From the NCBI GenBank assembly GCA_964304625.1, contig OZ199840.1, forward strand, positions 8,457,487 to 8,521,486: a stretch of 64,000 nucleotides of DNA, read 5' to 3'. Source of the DNA: Kudoa neothunni (taxonomy: Eukaryota > Animalia > Cnidaria). Positions within the stretch are counted from its first letter, which is position 1, and each line of letters starts with the position of its first letter. This document shows, in pieces, positions 52,804 through 64,000 of this stretch. The notes below the pieces were generated by a model. It had not been told where the DNA came from and did not search any database. It saw only the letters and a program-made list of their open reading frames with translations. The position numbers were made by a program, and so were the translations under genes.

Positions 52804-55800
52804 CCATTTAACGATCCTAAAGTCGACTTACCTCAAACGATCATTTGTGGTTGAATTGATAATACTTTTTAATTTATTTTTCTTTACTAAACAGTTTATT
52901 TTATAGTTTTATACAATATAAAAGAAATCTATTCACAGAGTTTTGAGTAAATTCAAGTTTACTAACCCATTAATATTAATCTCAAGTAATCTGCTAACGT
53001 ATGGATCTACGCAATTTCACTAAATATCGTTAATTACACATTGAGGAAATAGCCATAACATTGTGAAATGAGATTAATCTAATATTAGCGCCTATTACAA
53101 TTTTATTGAAATAAAAAACTTGTTTATGACTGTATACGCTAAAAAATAACGTATTCTAACGCACACAACTACATATATAATATATTATTTCGATTCGATT
53201 AATTTTTTGCAATTTTGAAACACTGAATGCAAAATTTTGCTGAATCTTATCTGCAGAAATGGCGGATGCACAACCTACAAATAACAACAGTCTTTCGGTC
53301 ATTTTTATAGGAAGATTTGACAGCTGCAAGGTTTCATTATTCGTTTCGATGTCAATGGAAATGAGTTTGATGTTTGATGGTGGTTTTTCAATATTTTATT
53401 TACTAATATTTTTAGCAGTATTGGATTTTACACGTTCTCGAAAATTTCTTCATGAAATTTAAACCTAAAAACTTTTTTGTTAAATATTTCTTTACATACG
53501 AAAAATGAATATACAAAAAATATTCTAAACGTTAAAACAATTATTTTAGTCAAACGCCAGAAAACGACCGAAAGCGTGAACACCTCCCTTTGATTTTTTG
53601 TAGTAAACAATAAATTACGGTTTTTATCTCGCCATGTTGATGATAATATTGTTCATTGAACTGAGTGATAGCAGATTGACATACTCATTTTTTACTCACC
53701 TATGATAATATCCCATTTTTTCGCAGTACACAAATGAGGTGCTGTAGAATTGCGTTGTTTTGAGGGAAGACACAAGGTGGTAATCCTCTCTTATTTTGGT
53801 GGATTGTGCCCAATAGATTAAGTTTTCTTTCATGTAATTTATCGGACAGGTTTATTGAAATGAACACATTAAATTAAAAAATTTTTGGAACCAGATCCCC
53901 ATAAAAAATTATCTTATCAAATGGCGATAGCGAAAGAACATCAAGGAAAATAATAGGCAACCAAAATTTTCTAATTTTTTCCATTTTTCGCCTTTTAAAA
54001 ACATAACTGACAAAGAAATGTCTAGGAACGCTTTTTAACGAAATATGTTTCATTGGCTTCATCTGTTTGTAAATTCTATTTTATTGTAGAGATCATTTCA
54101 TTTTGCAATAATTATCGATTAATTCATCTTCCACCTTCATTATATCGTTCTATTCAACAAGAAAATTATCAATATCTCTCCAGTTAATACCTCTTTCAAG
54201 TTTTTTTCGGAAGATTTCCAATATTCCGGGGAAATAAACGTCGAAACTTTATCAAAAATTCGACGACTACATTGGATTTTAATCAAAAATTACGATCTCT
54301 AGTTATAATATTTCGCCCAAAATAAAAAGGGGTTCAATAAGATACAAAACAATACAGTATTTCAAGACCTAAATGCAACTGCGTCCGATCAAAATGCAAC
54401 CCCATGCAATAATGTCCAAAAAAGGAAATATGTTATCTTAAGTGATGATATGAAACAAATGGCAGTTTCACTAGCTGAAGTTCATAACCTCTTTCGTATG
54501 ATTTCAAATTATTTCTAGGATGGATACTCTAACAAATACATTGCCGAGAAAATGGGTGTACATAAATCAACCATTGGGCGCATTTTGAAGACAAAATCGA
54601 TGACTACTGAATTAAGTTCACTAAAAAAGAAAGGGGGTGATAGACGGTCAAAATTGACTGAAACCCATAAATTATACATCCGCGAACTTTTGGGGGAGGA
54701 TTGCACCATTACATTAAATTCTATTACTGAAAAAGTTCTAGAATTTTTTGGTATTAATGTTTCTCGTCAAACAATTGCGAATTGTTTGAGAGATTTCCAT
54801 TATACCTTAGAAAATTTCCATTGTACCCCTAGGAAGAAATTCTCAGGATTGCATTGAAACGAGAAAAAGGTTTATTATCATTTTAAAAAAGTGCGTAAAA
54901 ATGAATAGATACGTGATACAATATCTGGAACTGAAGCCTCGTCATTCTACGGTCATCTATATAGATGAATCGGGCTTTTCATTGTCAATGAGAAGAACAT
55001 TTGGACGAGCACTTTCAGGGTCAAGAGCGAATCTGAAAGTGAAAAGCATTCGCTCTAAAACTATTACATTAATCGCGGCAATAAGCTCGGAACGGGTGTG
55101 GACATTCCACGTAGAAAATGGAACTGTCAACCAACAAGTTTTTTCTATTTTCATAGACAAACTATTTTCCGACTTAAGCTGCAGTGGAGTTGATAACGCC
55201 CTATTAATAATGGACAATGTGAGATTCCACAAACCATATGTTATTATTTCTTCCGCCATACTCTCCGTTCCTCAATCCTATTGAGGAGTTCTTCCATCAA
55301 ATTAAGTCCATTGTAAGAAACTGCGGGACCATTTAATCAGGAGGAATTGATCAACGCAATTATGACTAGCTCAGATGGAGTTTCTTGTGACCAACTACAA
55401 AATTATGCGAATCATGCGGAATCCTATTTCGCAGCATGTATTAATTCGGAAGAAATTAACAATTAGATTAATTTTACGTTGTGCTAAAAACATGAAGTTT
55501 AATTTGGTGCCAATTAACATTTCATTTTTGTTTATGCATGTCAAGAAGATTACAAATTTAAAAGTGGTAATTAAAGAAGCAGTAAAATCTTACATTGAAA
55601 CAGTATATTTTTGAGAAGCGTAAGTATCGAGAATGACACCTTGATTAAATCGATGACAAAAATGAATAAAAATTTAATTCCTTTATGTATTTAAATAAAT
55701 ATGAGTAAACTCTATGAGTACAAAAAATTATTTGATGCAATTCGTTAATCACAAAATTCGAAATATTATTCACTCTATCATAACTAACCATGTAGAATAT

Positions 55801-57164
55801 TGTTAAAAAATATCTTAATTTTATACAAATTAAATCTAAAAAAATAAGTTGTTTATGTAAAAAGTTGCATTTTGATCCGACGCAGTTGCATTTAGGTCTT
55901 GAAATACTGTATTTTCGCCAAGGGTTCCATTGGGCGATCATTCAAAAAAATTCTTTTCCCAATGGACATCAATGCTATGTACATAGATAATTAGAGATGG
56001 AGTCAACTGTCATGACAAATTTTGTCTCATATTTTACTCCGCATTTTGTTGGCATATATTGCCTAAATTGACATTTAGTTTTAAATGGAACCAATTGCTC
56101 GTCAATTATTAGGTCTTCATTCGGAGAAAAACACTTCAACAAATTCATTTTCCATTAACTCCATAACGCTCTAATCTGGCGTTATTTATCTTTCTCTCTT
56201 CTTTCAGATCTTTTAGTTATACCATCAAAATGTAATGCTCGCGTAATTTTTTTAAATCGAGAAAAATAAACAACTCTAGATGGATGAAATTTCTTTCATT
56301 TGTGCTAAATAGTTCATCAAACGACTTCTCTTGATTAATGAGGACGCCCATTAGTAATGGAATCTTGATATATCCTTATAGTTCAACCTGATCAACATCA
56401 GTCCATTCATTTTTGAAATACTGTGCTCCAAAAGAATTTTTATGTATCAATATTGTGTCGATCATTTCTGAAATAAAAAAATCCATCAAGGATTGATTTG
56501 ACCCTCAGAGTCGTATAAATTTTTGAACCGGGCGGAGAACTCAAAATATTTTCTGCGCGTGTTCTTGATGTATTATGTGGTTTTGTCGGGCTCCAAATTA
56601 ACTCATCTTCTCTAATTAATGAAGTATTATATTTATATCGAGATTGTCGCCATCACCAATTGTATCATCCACATAATCACCACCAGAATACTCATCGTTT
56701 TATAATATAAAATTAAATTAAGATTTAATAGAAATCCTCCCAACATCAAATTGTTAATAACAGAAAAAATATTTTATATCAACCAGTGCAATCGATAGCC
56801 GAAATCTCGCACGAACAGTTTTTCGTTAGGTTACGCAAGATTAGTTCACGTATTAATTTTGTTTTTCCTTAGAATTCTGTCGATAATTTTTTTAAATATC
56901 TCATATAACAAATTTAATCATAATTATATAGAAAATGACGAAATAAAAAGATGGGGTCGAATCGACCCCCAATGATCGTTGGAGGGTATCCTTCGAATTT
57001 TGACTACATAAAAAAACCTAGATTATCCCATGTTCTTCAGTTATATAGCAGAATATATTTTAAAATAATAACTCGAATTTTAGATCATTAGAATTAAGGG
57101 AGAAAAAGTTACTAGTTGTTCAATTTTATTGTGGTTGATTCGACTCCAAATGATCGTTAGATGG
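52804..57164 (-). mobile_element. piggyBac transposon, decayed, interrupted by a Tc1/IS630-type element
   Basis: TTAA|ccatttaacgatc ... gatcgttagatgg|TTAA; palindrome ggggtcgaatcgacccc at about 56953. Minus-strand transposase relics (EDLIIDEQLVPFKTKCQFRQYMPTK; LIEPL...GRNI) continue across the Tc1 insertion. Confidence 0.88.
54355..55909 (+). mobile_element. Tc1/IS630-type DDE transposon (1555 bp) with 46-bp TIRs and an intron-containing, frameshifted transposase
   Basis: TA|cagtatttcaagacctaaatgcaactgcgtccgatcaaaatgcaac and its inverse at 55864-55909|TA (45/46 identical). HTH IAEKMGVHKSTIGRILK; DDE motifs YIDESGF, IMDNVRFHK, FLPPYSPFLNPIEE. Frameshift near 54810 and a deletion after DNVRFHK. 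Confidence 0.95.
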
Positions 57165-57957
57165 TTAATGTATTTACGAGTTTAAAACTTAGTTGGAAGA
57201 ATTTACTATCGTAACGAGGAGTGGTTCGGTTCGATGAGGTCCACCAAAGTAAGGAACCATTGATATAGGTATTATCACCCACTCGGTGTGACCATTAATT
57301 GTAAAAATAAAACTTTTTAAATAAAATTACTTGGAAAACGATAAATTAATATATTTTAGATATTCAAGTTATAAATTATTTTCTCCAAACCGAAGTCATA
57401 TTTTATTAAAAATTTTAATTCCTCAAGTTAAATTCACCAGCATACAAACCGTTTTAACAATAGTTCTATTTGTTAAAATAATTTAATATCACTTTTATTA
57501 TATATTGTTTGAAGGAGGGTAACCTATTTTTTTGTAATTTAGACTCAAGTAGTGGTTAATAGATTAAAATTCTTCAGCGTAATCTAATATGCTACGGATA
57601 ACGTAAAAACCGAGTCATACAATATTAAAATTTTTTCCATTAAATATTTTCTAGGTTAGTTTATACAATTTTTCAAATGAGGAGATTTAAGGATTAATAT
57701 AATTATATTCTTGAATTTTTGACAAAAAACCAGACCCTCTATTCCCTTTATCTTGAATTGAAAATAAAATAAAAAATCCTTTTATATAAATTCATATCTA
57801 AATCTATTAAGTATAACTAATTTTTGAAATTACGCTATATAGATATCTTTCTGCAACAACATGAGTAATAATAGAAATAAAGGTTAAATGTAGTAATATT
57901 TATTTGATGCAAATTATTGACGAAAATAAACTAGATTTGAAAAATCAGGAGCTGCTT

Positions 57958-59767
57958 TCAAGGGTTTATTGGTTCGCTGAACTCAGATTCATCAAATTCT
58001 GTTGATTTGTATGGAGTAATTCTCAGACAATTAGAGATCTTGTTTCTCATCAGTATTAAAGCAATAATTGCCGAACATAACACAAGGAAAACACCACAAG
58101 CTATTCCTGTGATGAGTGGCTTGGAGATCTTGCTTGCTGGTGTAATATCAACTATTGTTGCTCTCTGTGAAAAACGCGGGTCAGTTTCGGCATATCCAGC
58201 AACCCATGAATAATCAGGACCCTTTAGAACGTGTGGAAAGTTATTTTCATTAAAATAAATATATGAAAAGTATACTTTAAGGGTGTAATTTAAATTATAT
58301 TTTTTAATGATAAATTCCAAGTACAACAAATAATAATGTAATATGTAGCATTCATGGAACCAATTTTCAAATTCCACCTGCAAATAAATATACAATTATA
58401 GTTAAAGAAGATATGTACCGGCCAAGAAATCCTCCATATCAAAAATTCATCACATTTGGAAATAGGGAGATGACTTAACTCACTAATTTTCGTATTTAAT
58501 TTAACATTAAGTGGAAAATAAATCTATTATTAATTAAATCAAAAAATAAATATTATAATGATACAATAAGTTTATCATTTGATGTGAAATTCAAAGAAAT
58601 CACCAAGGAGGCGTCACATAATTTTTGTAACAGTTTAGAATGATTGTTAAAATATCTCTGCACAATATTTTTACATATTTCTCCTTTAAAAGACGCGCTG
58701 GGCATTAGTGGGAAAAGTTTTATATAATTTAAGGTGAGCTCGGAACAGTTATTTTTATTGGCTATCTCCCAAACATTCAATACAGCTCCAATGTTTACAC
58801 TACTGCAGGTACTAGTATCTACTGTAAGATCTTGATGTATTTGTGCCTATAAATTAAAAACGTGCGAAACGATTCTAAATTTTAAGGTGGTACGTTTGAA
58901 TTGAACTCTTTAAAGGATAGGTTTCGTATTTTCTCAGAAAAGTAACTGTCTCCAGCAAGAATTGTCGTGTTAGTTCCATTCCAAGTTATAATTTTTTGAC
59001 GAGTACCGAAAGGTAATTGGATTTGGTTGGTAGTGGTAACAATTTTTGCGAAAGATAGCGCATTATCATCAAATGAAATAAACCCATCATAATATCCAAT
59101 TTTAATCTAAAGGTTTAATTAATTAAACCACATTTTTTTCTTGGCTTATACCGAAAATAATTTAGTTGTCAGGAATCTATATGCTGCTATATCGGATACT
59201 TCAAGAACAGTTAAGAATTTTCGACCTGGAACGTTGGAATATCGCTTAAAACTACCATTCAAAATATCCACAAAGCGATTATAAGTTGATCGATGGGCTT
59301 TCCTTTAATGAATATTCATAATTTATCTTAAGAAATGTATACACCTTAATCGAGTCCATTTAGCTCCACCGAGATATTCAAAGTGAATATTTTTCAGATT
59401 GACACCTTGGAGGATTTGATTTTTCCTTACTGAATTTATGCAGCGACTGATCCTACCTTCCAAATACAGATTCGGATAATCATCAAACATGTGATCTAAA
59501 CCCATCATTCTATTATTTATTTATCAAAAAGCTTACTGCTTTCAGAACATAATGAGTGATCTAGCTCTTCTACAACCGGAGATTGTTGATAAATGTTAAA
59601 TTGATAGATATAAGCCTTCAAACCATCTGATACTGCATGTATTAATACTCCATACTATAAATAAACACATAAAATATTCGTAAAGGTACTCATTATACTT
59701 TTAGGTAGCTCTCACAACTGGAATATTTAAAAATACATATAGACCATAAAATCATTAACAACCTCAT
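57958..59767 (-). CDS. GDA1/CD39 (ecto-NTPDase/apyrase)-like type I membrane protein with degenerate apyrase conserved regions, paralog 1
   Basis: Spliced by eye without stops: signal MRLLMILWSICIFKYSSC; YGVLIHAVSDGLKAYIYQF (ACR1-like); FEYLGGAKWTRLR (ACR2-like); VLEVSDIAAYRFLT (ACR3-like); DGFISFDDNALSFA (ACR4-like); GPDYSWVAGY (ACR5-like); TM LITGIACGVFLVLCSAIIALIL. Order and spacing follow CD39. Confidence 0.72.
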
Positions 59768-62700
59768 TGGTGATTAGTGTAGCGGTCTAAAAACGGATTA
59801 TTGTATCGGTAAAAGGGGACCTTTGTAGATAATGTATTTTTAAAAAAATTGGTAACTTCGATTTATAAATTACAATTCTTAATAAACCAATAAATATTAT
59901 TTTTTTAAGATAAATAAAGAAACATAAAAATCCATGTTGAATAACAATATTTCAAATATACCCGTTGATGAAATATTTGTAAAAATAATTTATTGGGTTA
60001 TAATTATCATTATTTTATATAAAATATATATTCACAAAACAATACGAATTGAACTTCCAATTCCGAAGAAATTATTTAAATAATTAAATTATTATTCGAT
60101 AATTCAATATTAAATATGCTCGTAAATCGCCGTAAAACTACGGTCGCCTAAAATTATCTGACAAAAACTTAATGTAATCCTATTTATCATCTGAAAATGA
60201 TATTCAAGTAAAGATAATACTGTTAATTATTGTTGGCAGGTCAGATTTATTACAATTTTTGTTCTTCAAAAGCTCCTTAGAAATTTTATGTGATAAATGT
60301 GACAATTTGCACAGAGGATTAATTATAAAATTTTAAAGGCAGAGGCTATTGGCACGGTAAAAGTTAATCATAAACGGCATGTACGCACGCGCATTAAAAT
60401 TTTTAAATCCCAGAAACTCTTACCTACAGGTCGTTTACTGATTTAATTGTTTAGAATTTGCTATATTTAATTATTTATCGTGTCAATAGCCACCTCCAAT
60501 TTTAAATAGTTTATTTTTAGATGATTTAAATATAAATGCCTAAATTAATTAATCTATGATCATCATACTTTAGAGTAAACGTGAATATGACTAAATTAAG
60601 ATTTAATAAAAACAAGCTGAAATTAAGCTGTTTTTATCGGAAAATATATTTTTTTCTTTTATTATCTTGGACATAATGAGATTTTAAAAATATTGAATAT
60701 GTAATTGTTTCGTTAGATGTTTATTTTTTCCATTTTATTGTAATTACTACGACTAACAAATAATTTGAAGTTAACTATTTAAATAAGTTAATTTTCTATC
60801 TTAATAATTTATGCTTTTAAATTATATTAAAAACACGGACTGAATTAATAATTAAATAGAAAATGAATTTTATAATGCTAGATGAATTCTCCCAAATCTA
60901 AAAATTATTAAACAGAATTCGAATTTTTTAATTTCTGTTCAACTATTTAACATAAACATTTATTTATGTAACTCAAAATTTACCACCAATTATATTATTA
61001 TACCAATTAATTTATTTTTATAATATAAATAATGTAACTTGCTGATCGAATATATTTTACAATAAGCAATAATGCTATTATTAAACTATCTGGGAATTTA
61101 AACAACAATTTTCCATTTTATTTCAATAAATGTCTAAATAACATCCTTTTATTTTAAATAGTTTTAAAATTTTCTACATTTAATACCGCTCTACATAATA
61201 AAACTTTTGGGGAAAGATGATAATATTTATACAACCTCTCTCGCCCTAATAATTAGCAGCAATGAAACATAAAAAAATCTTATCATTGAACGGATTAATT
61301 AATTGTATACGATAGGTTTTAAGATATTAAAGTTTATATTTTTGAACTATTCATGTTAAATAATTCTACCTTTAATTAAAAAAACGAACATTTTTTGTTT
61401 AAAAATAGATTAGTTTTAATAATTATATTTTGAGAAGAAAAATACTGACTTGTTCGGCAACAATTGATATTAAAGAAAAAAACATATTGTTACTTCATGC
61501 ATCGTATCCTAACACAGATTCAATATTGTTTTCACTTGAGGATGTATCAAAACTAGCTGATTTTATCTGTCTATTCATAGTTCATCTAGAAATGGATTTT
61601 TAAAATATAATCGCTCAGAATATTAAAAAATTTCAGCCCGGAGTTTTCAGAATCAGAAAATATATTTTGAAAAGTAAAAAATATCTAATAAACTAATAAA
61701 ATAAAAAGAAATTTGCCATTGTTTTTATATCAAATGTTGTAGTGGAAATAATTGTGTTATGTATGATCTTCCCCTCGGCAATTAATATATTATAGTGAGA
61801 TATAAATTTTGTTTTTCATCTGTTAATGGCACAGATAATGATATTCATACAAATATTTTGTAAAAATAAAAATAAAAGAAATGTAATGTTATAAATATAG
61901 AATTTCAAATATTCCATGTATTAAATTTTTGTTAAATATTCATAGATATCTGCTATGTTGCTTCTAACATTAGCAGTTAACACTACCTTCCAATTAAAGT
62001 TAAGAAAAAATTCGAAGTATAAATTAGACATAATTATTAATTATATCCTTTAACATGTGATTAGTTCATATGCTTTGTATTTACTAAAGAAAGTTTAATC
62101 TGATGTGTACTCATATCGTTCATTTATTTATTTATGTTTTGGCTGAAGTTTTTTTACTTCAAATATAGGCGAATTTCTTTGTAACTTCATATAAGGGGGA
62201 TATTTTTCCATTTGGAATCTTAACAAAATTGCTTATACCTGTCGTCTGCGTGGCTCGATTTTTATAAGAACACCCATTTATATTGTTATCATCATTAACA
62301 GTCTCGGACTATTAGATTGAAGAAATTATTTATATATCAAACATCAGTCTTTATAATCCTGACTCATTTTACGAACAAAATTTGTTCATTTTTATGTAAA
62401 CCCCTCTATTGTATAATACATGATTATAGCATGAGGGGTTTTTTATTATTTTAATTCTAAATTTAAATCTATTTTTGAATGAAGAAATTAATGAGCTTTT
62501 GTCAAAGAAAAGTTGGCCTCAGAAATATATTCATTTTCTAACAAATTTTTATTTCCAGATTAACACCCAATAAAATTCAAGTTAATTTTTTACTTAAATT
62601 GAAATTGTTGATTGATTAAATAATACGTTAAAAATAAAAATTGACGCTAAATGCTAAATGAATCTGTACATTATAATAATATTTATTTCATGATGACGTC

Positions 62701-62802
62701 ATAGAACAAACGAATGGAAACCAAACGAAAGCAATGATGATAAAAATTTATTTTTAGAATATGAATCGATATAACTCTTCATTAGGGAAAAATATTAGTG
62801 TA

Positions 62803-64000
62803 CTAAAATTTTAAATAGGTTTCATTATTCAGTTGGTTCGTTGGATAGTTATATAGAAGGGTTGCAATCTGTCTTCTCATCAGTATCAAAACGACACCTA
62901 TCGCGCCAATCACAATAATAACCAAAACCCCCACAGTTATCCCAACAATGGCTGCTGTGGAGAGTGAGTTAGCTGAAGTAATATCAACTATTATTGCTCT
63001 TTTCAAAAAACGTGGATCAGTGTAGGCGTATCCATCAAGAAAAGAATAATCCGACATCTAAAAAACGAATGCAGATGTTGACATCAGAATAAATATAAGA
63101 GAGGATACTTTAAGGGTGTGTTTTAATTTTAACTTTTCAGTGTTAAATTCCAAGTATAGTAAATAATGTTGTAACATGATGCATTCAGTTAACCAATTTG
63201 GATATTCAGTCTATGATTGGATGAATAAATAAATAAATAAATTAATAGAGTAAGAAAGTAAATTTACATCCCAATTAGGCTTAAATTTAAAATATTCATC
63301 ACATTTAGAAATGAGAAGAGGTCGTATTTCGTTTAGTTTCGCAGGTATACTTTGACTTTGGGTTGTGGAGGTTAGATCTGGAAAATATGTCTAAAATTAA
63401 TCAATAAAGACAATATTCATTAGGATTTTACAATTATCTCATTAATTGAAGTAACATTAAACGGGATTGGTTTTGCTACGTCACAAATTTTTTTGAATAT
63501 TTTCTTATTATCATCTAAAAATGTCAGTACGGATAGTTTGCAACGCTCAATTTTAAATAAAGGATCTGCTATATATGGATGAATTTCCACAAAATTAGAA
63601 GTAAATCTTAAACAATTTTCTTGATCTTTAAGTTTCCAAAAGTCTATTACAATCCCAAGAGTTTTACATGGGCATGGATTCGAAGTCACCGTACGTCTTT
63701 TAAACGTTTCCTAAAAATTAATTTTTTTATATTCTCGATTGCTCAAAATAATACACTTGAATCAGACTCTTGAGCGGACGGATTCCATATTTCTTTAGAA
63801 TATGCACTATCTCCAACTAGAACTGTCGTAATCGTTTCATTCCACTTGATTATTCTTTTGCGAGTTCCAGGTGGTGTTTGACTGGAATTGGTGCTAGTTT
63901 GAGCAAATGTTAAAATATTTTCATCAAACGATATAAATCCATCAAAGTTTGTATTTTCCCTCTATAATTATAACTCGATAAAAGCTCGGAATTAATGCTA
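62803..64000 (-). CDS. paralog 2 of the NTPDase-like membrane protein (5' part beyond the window)
   Basis: Colinear with paralog 1: FDGFISFDENILTFA, PGTRKRIIKWNET, KCDEYF, ECIMLQHYLLYLEF, DYSFLDGYAYTDPRFLKRAIIVDIT, TM IVGITVGVLVIIVIGAIGVVLIL; corresponding exon boundaries. Confidence 0.75.

Noticed and set aside
1-64000. Prokaryotic systems (CRISPR arrays, operons, defence islands)
   Set aside because: No regularly spaced direct repeats; genes are spliceosomal-intron-containing eukaryotic genes. The antisense ORFs in the track are shadows of real exons.

Overview
AT-rich eukaryotic (animal-type) genomic DNA with compact genes split by very short GT-AG introns (mostly about 35-70 nt) and a heavy load of decayed transposons. 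The tiny introns, divergent proteins and TE density suggest a reduced parasite genome such as a myxozoan cnidarian; this is inference only. Recognisable host genes: RPS13, RABGGTB, UTP14, a PTB-domain protein, three tandem alpha-carbonic anhydrases, an EGF-containing type I membrane protein, an orphan type I membrane protein, and two tandem GDA1/CD39 (ecto-NTPDase)-like membrane proteins with degenerate catalytic motifs. Two identical 5S rRNA genes form a head-to-head inverted pair. Mobile DNA: a Mag-like Ty3/gypsy element (5' LTR, PBS, gag-pol), several piggyBac elements (two with nested insertions), a MULE with 9-bp TSD and about 270-bp TIRs, a Tc1/IS630-type element with 46-bp TIRs, hAT relics and MITEs, and a Helitron-like repeat. 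Most notable: (1) the apparently catalytically dead NTPDase-like surface-protein pair, (2) Tc1/IS630-type transposases sharing a position-conserved 39-nt intron, (3) the 5S palindrome with identical genes but diverged flanks, (4) the carbonic anhydrase triplet with differential loss of the proton-shuttle His. Exon structures were deduced by eye and need RNA-seq confirmation.
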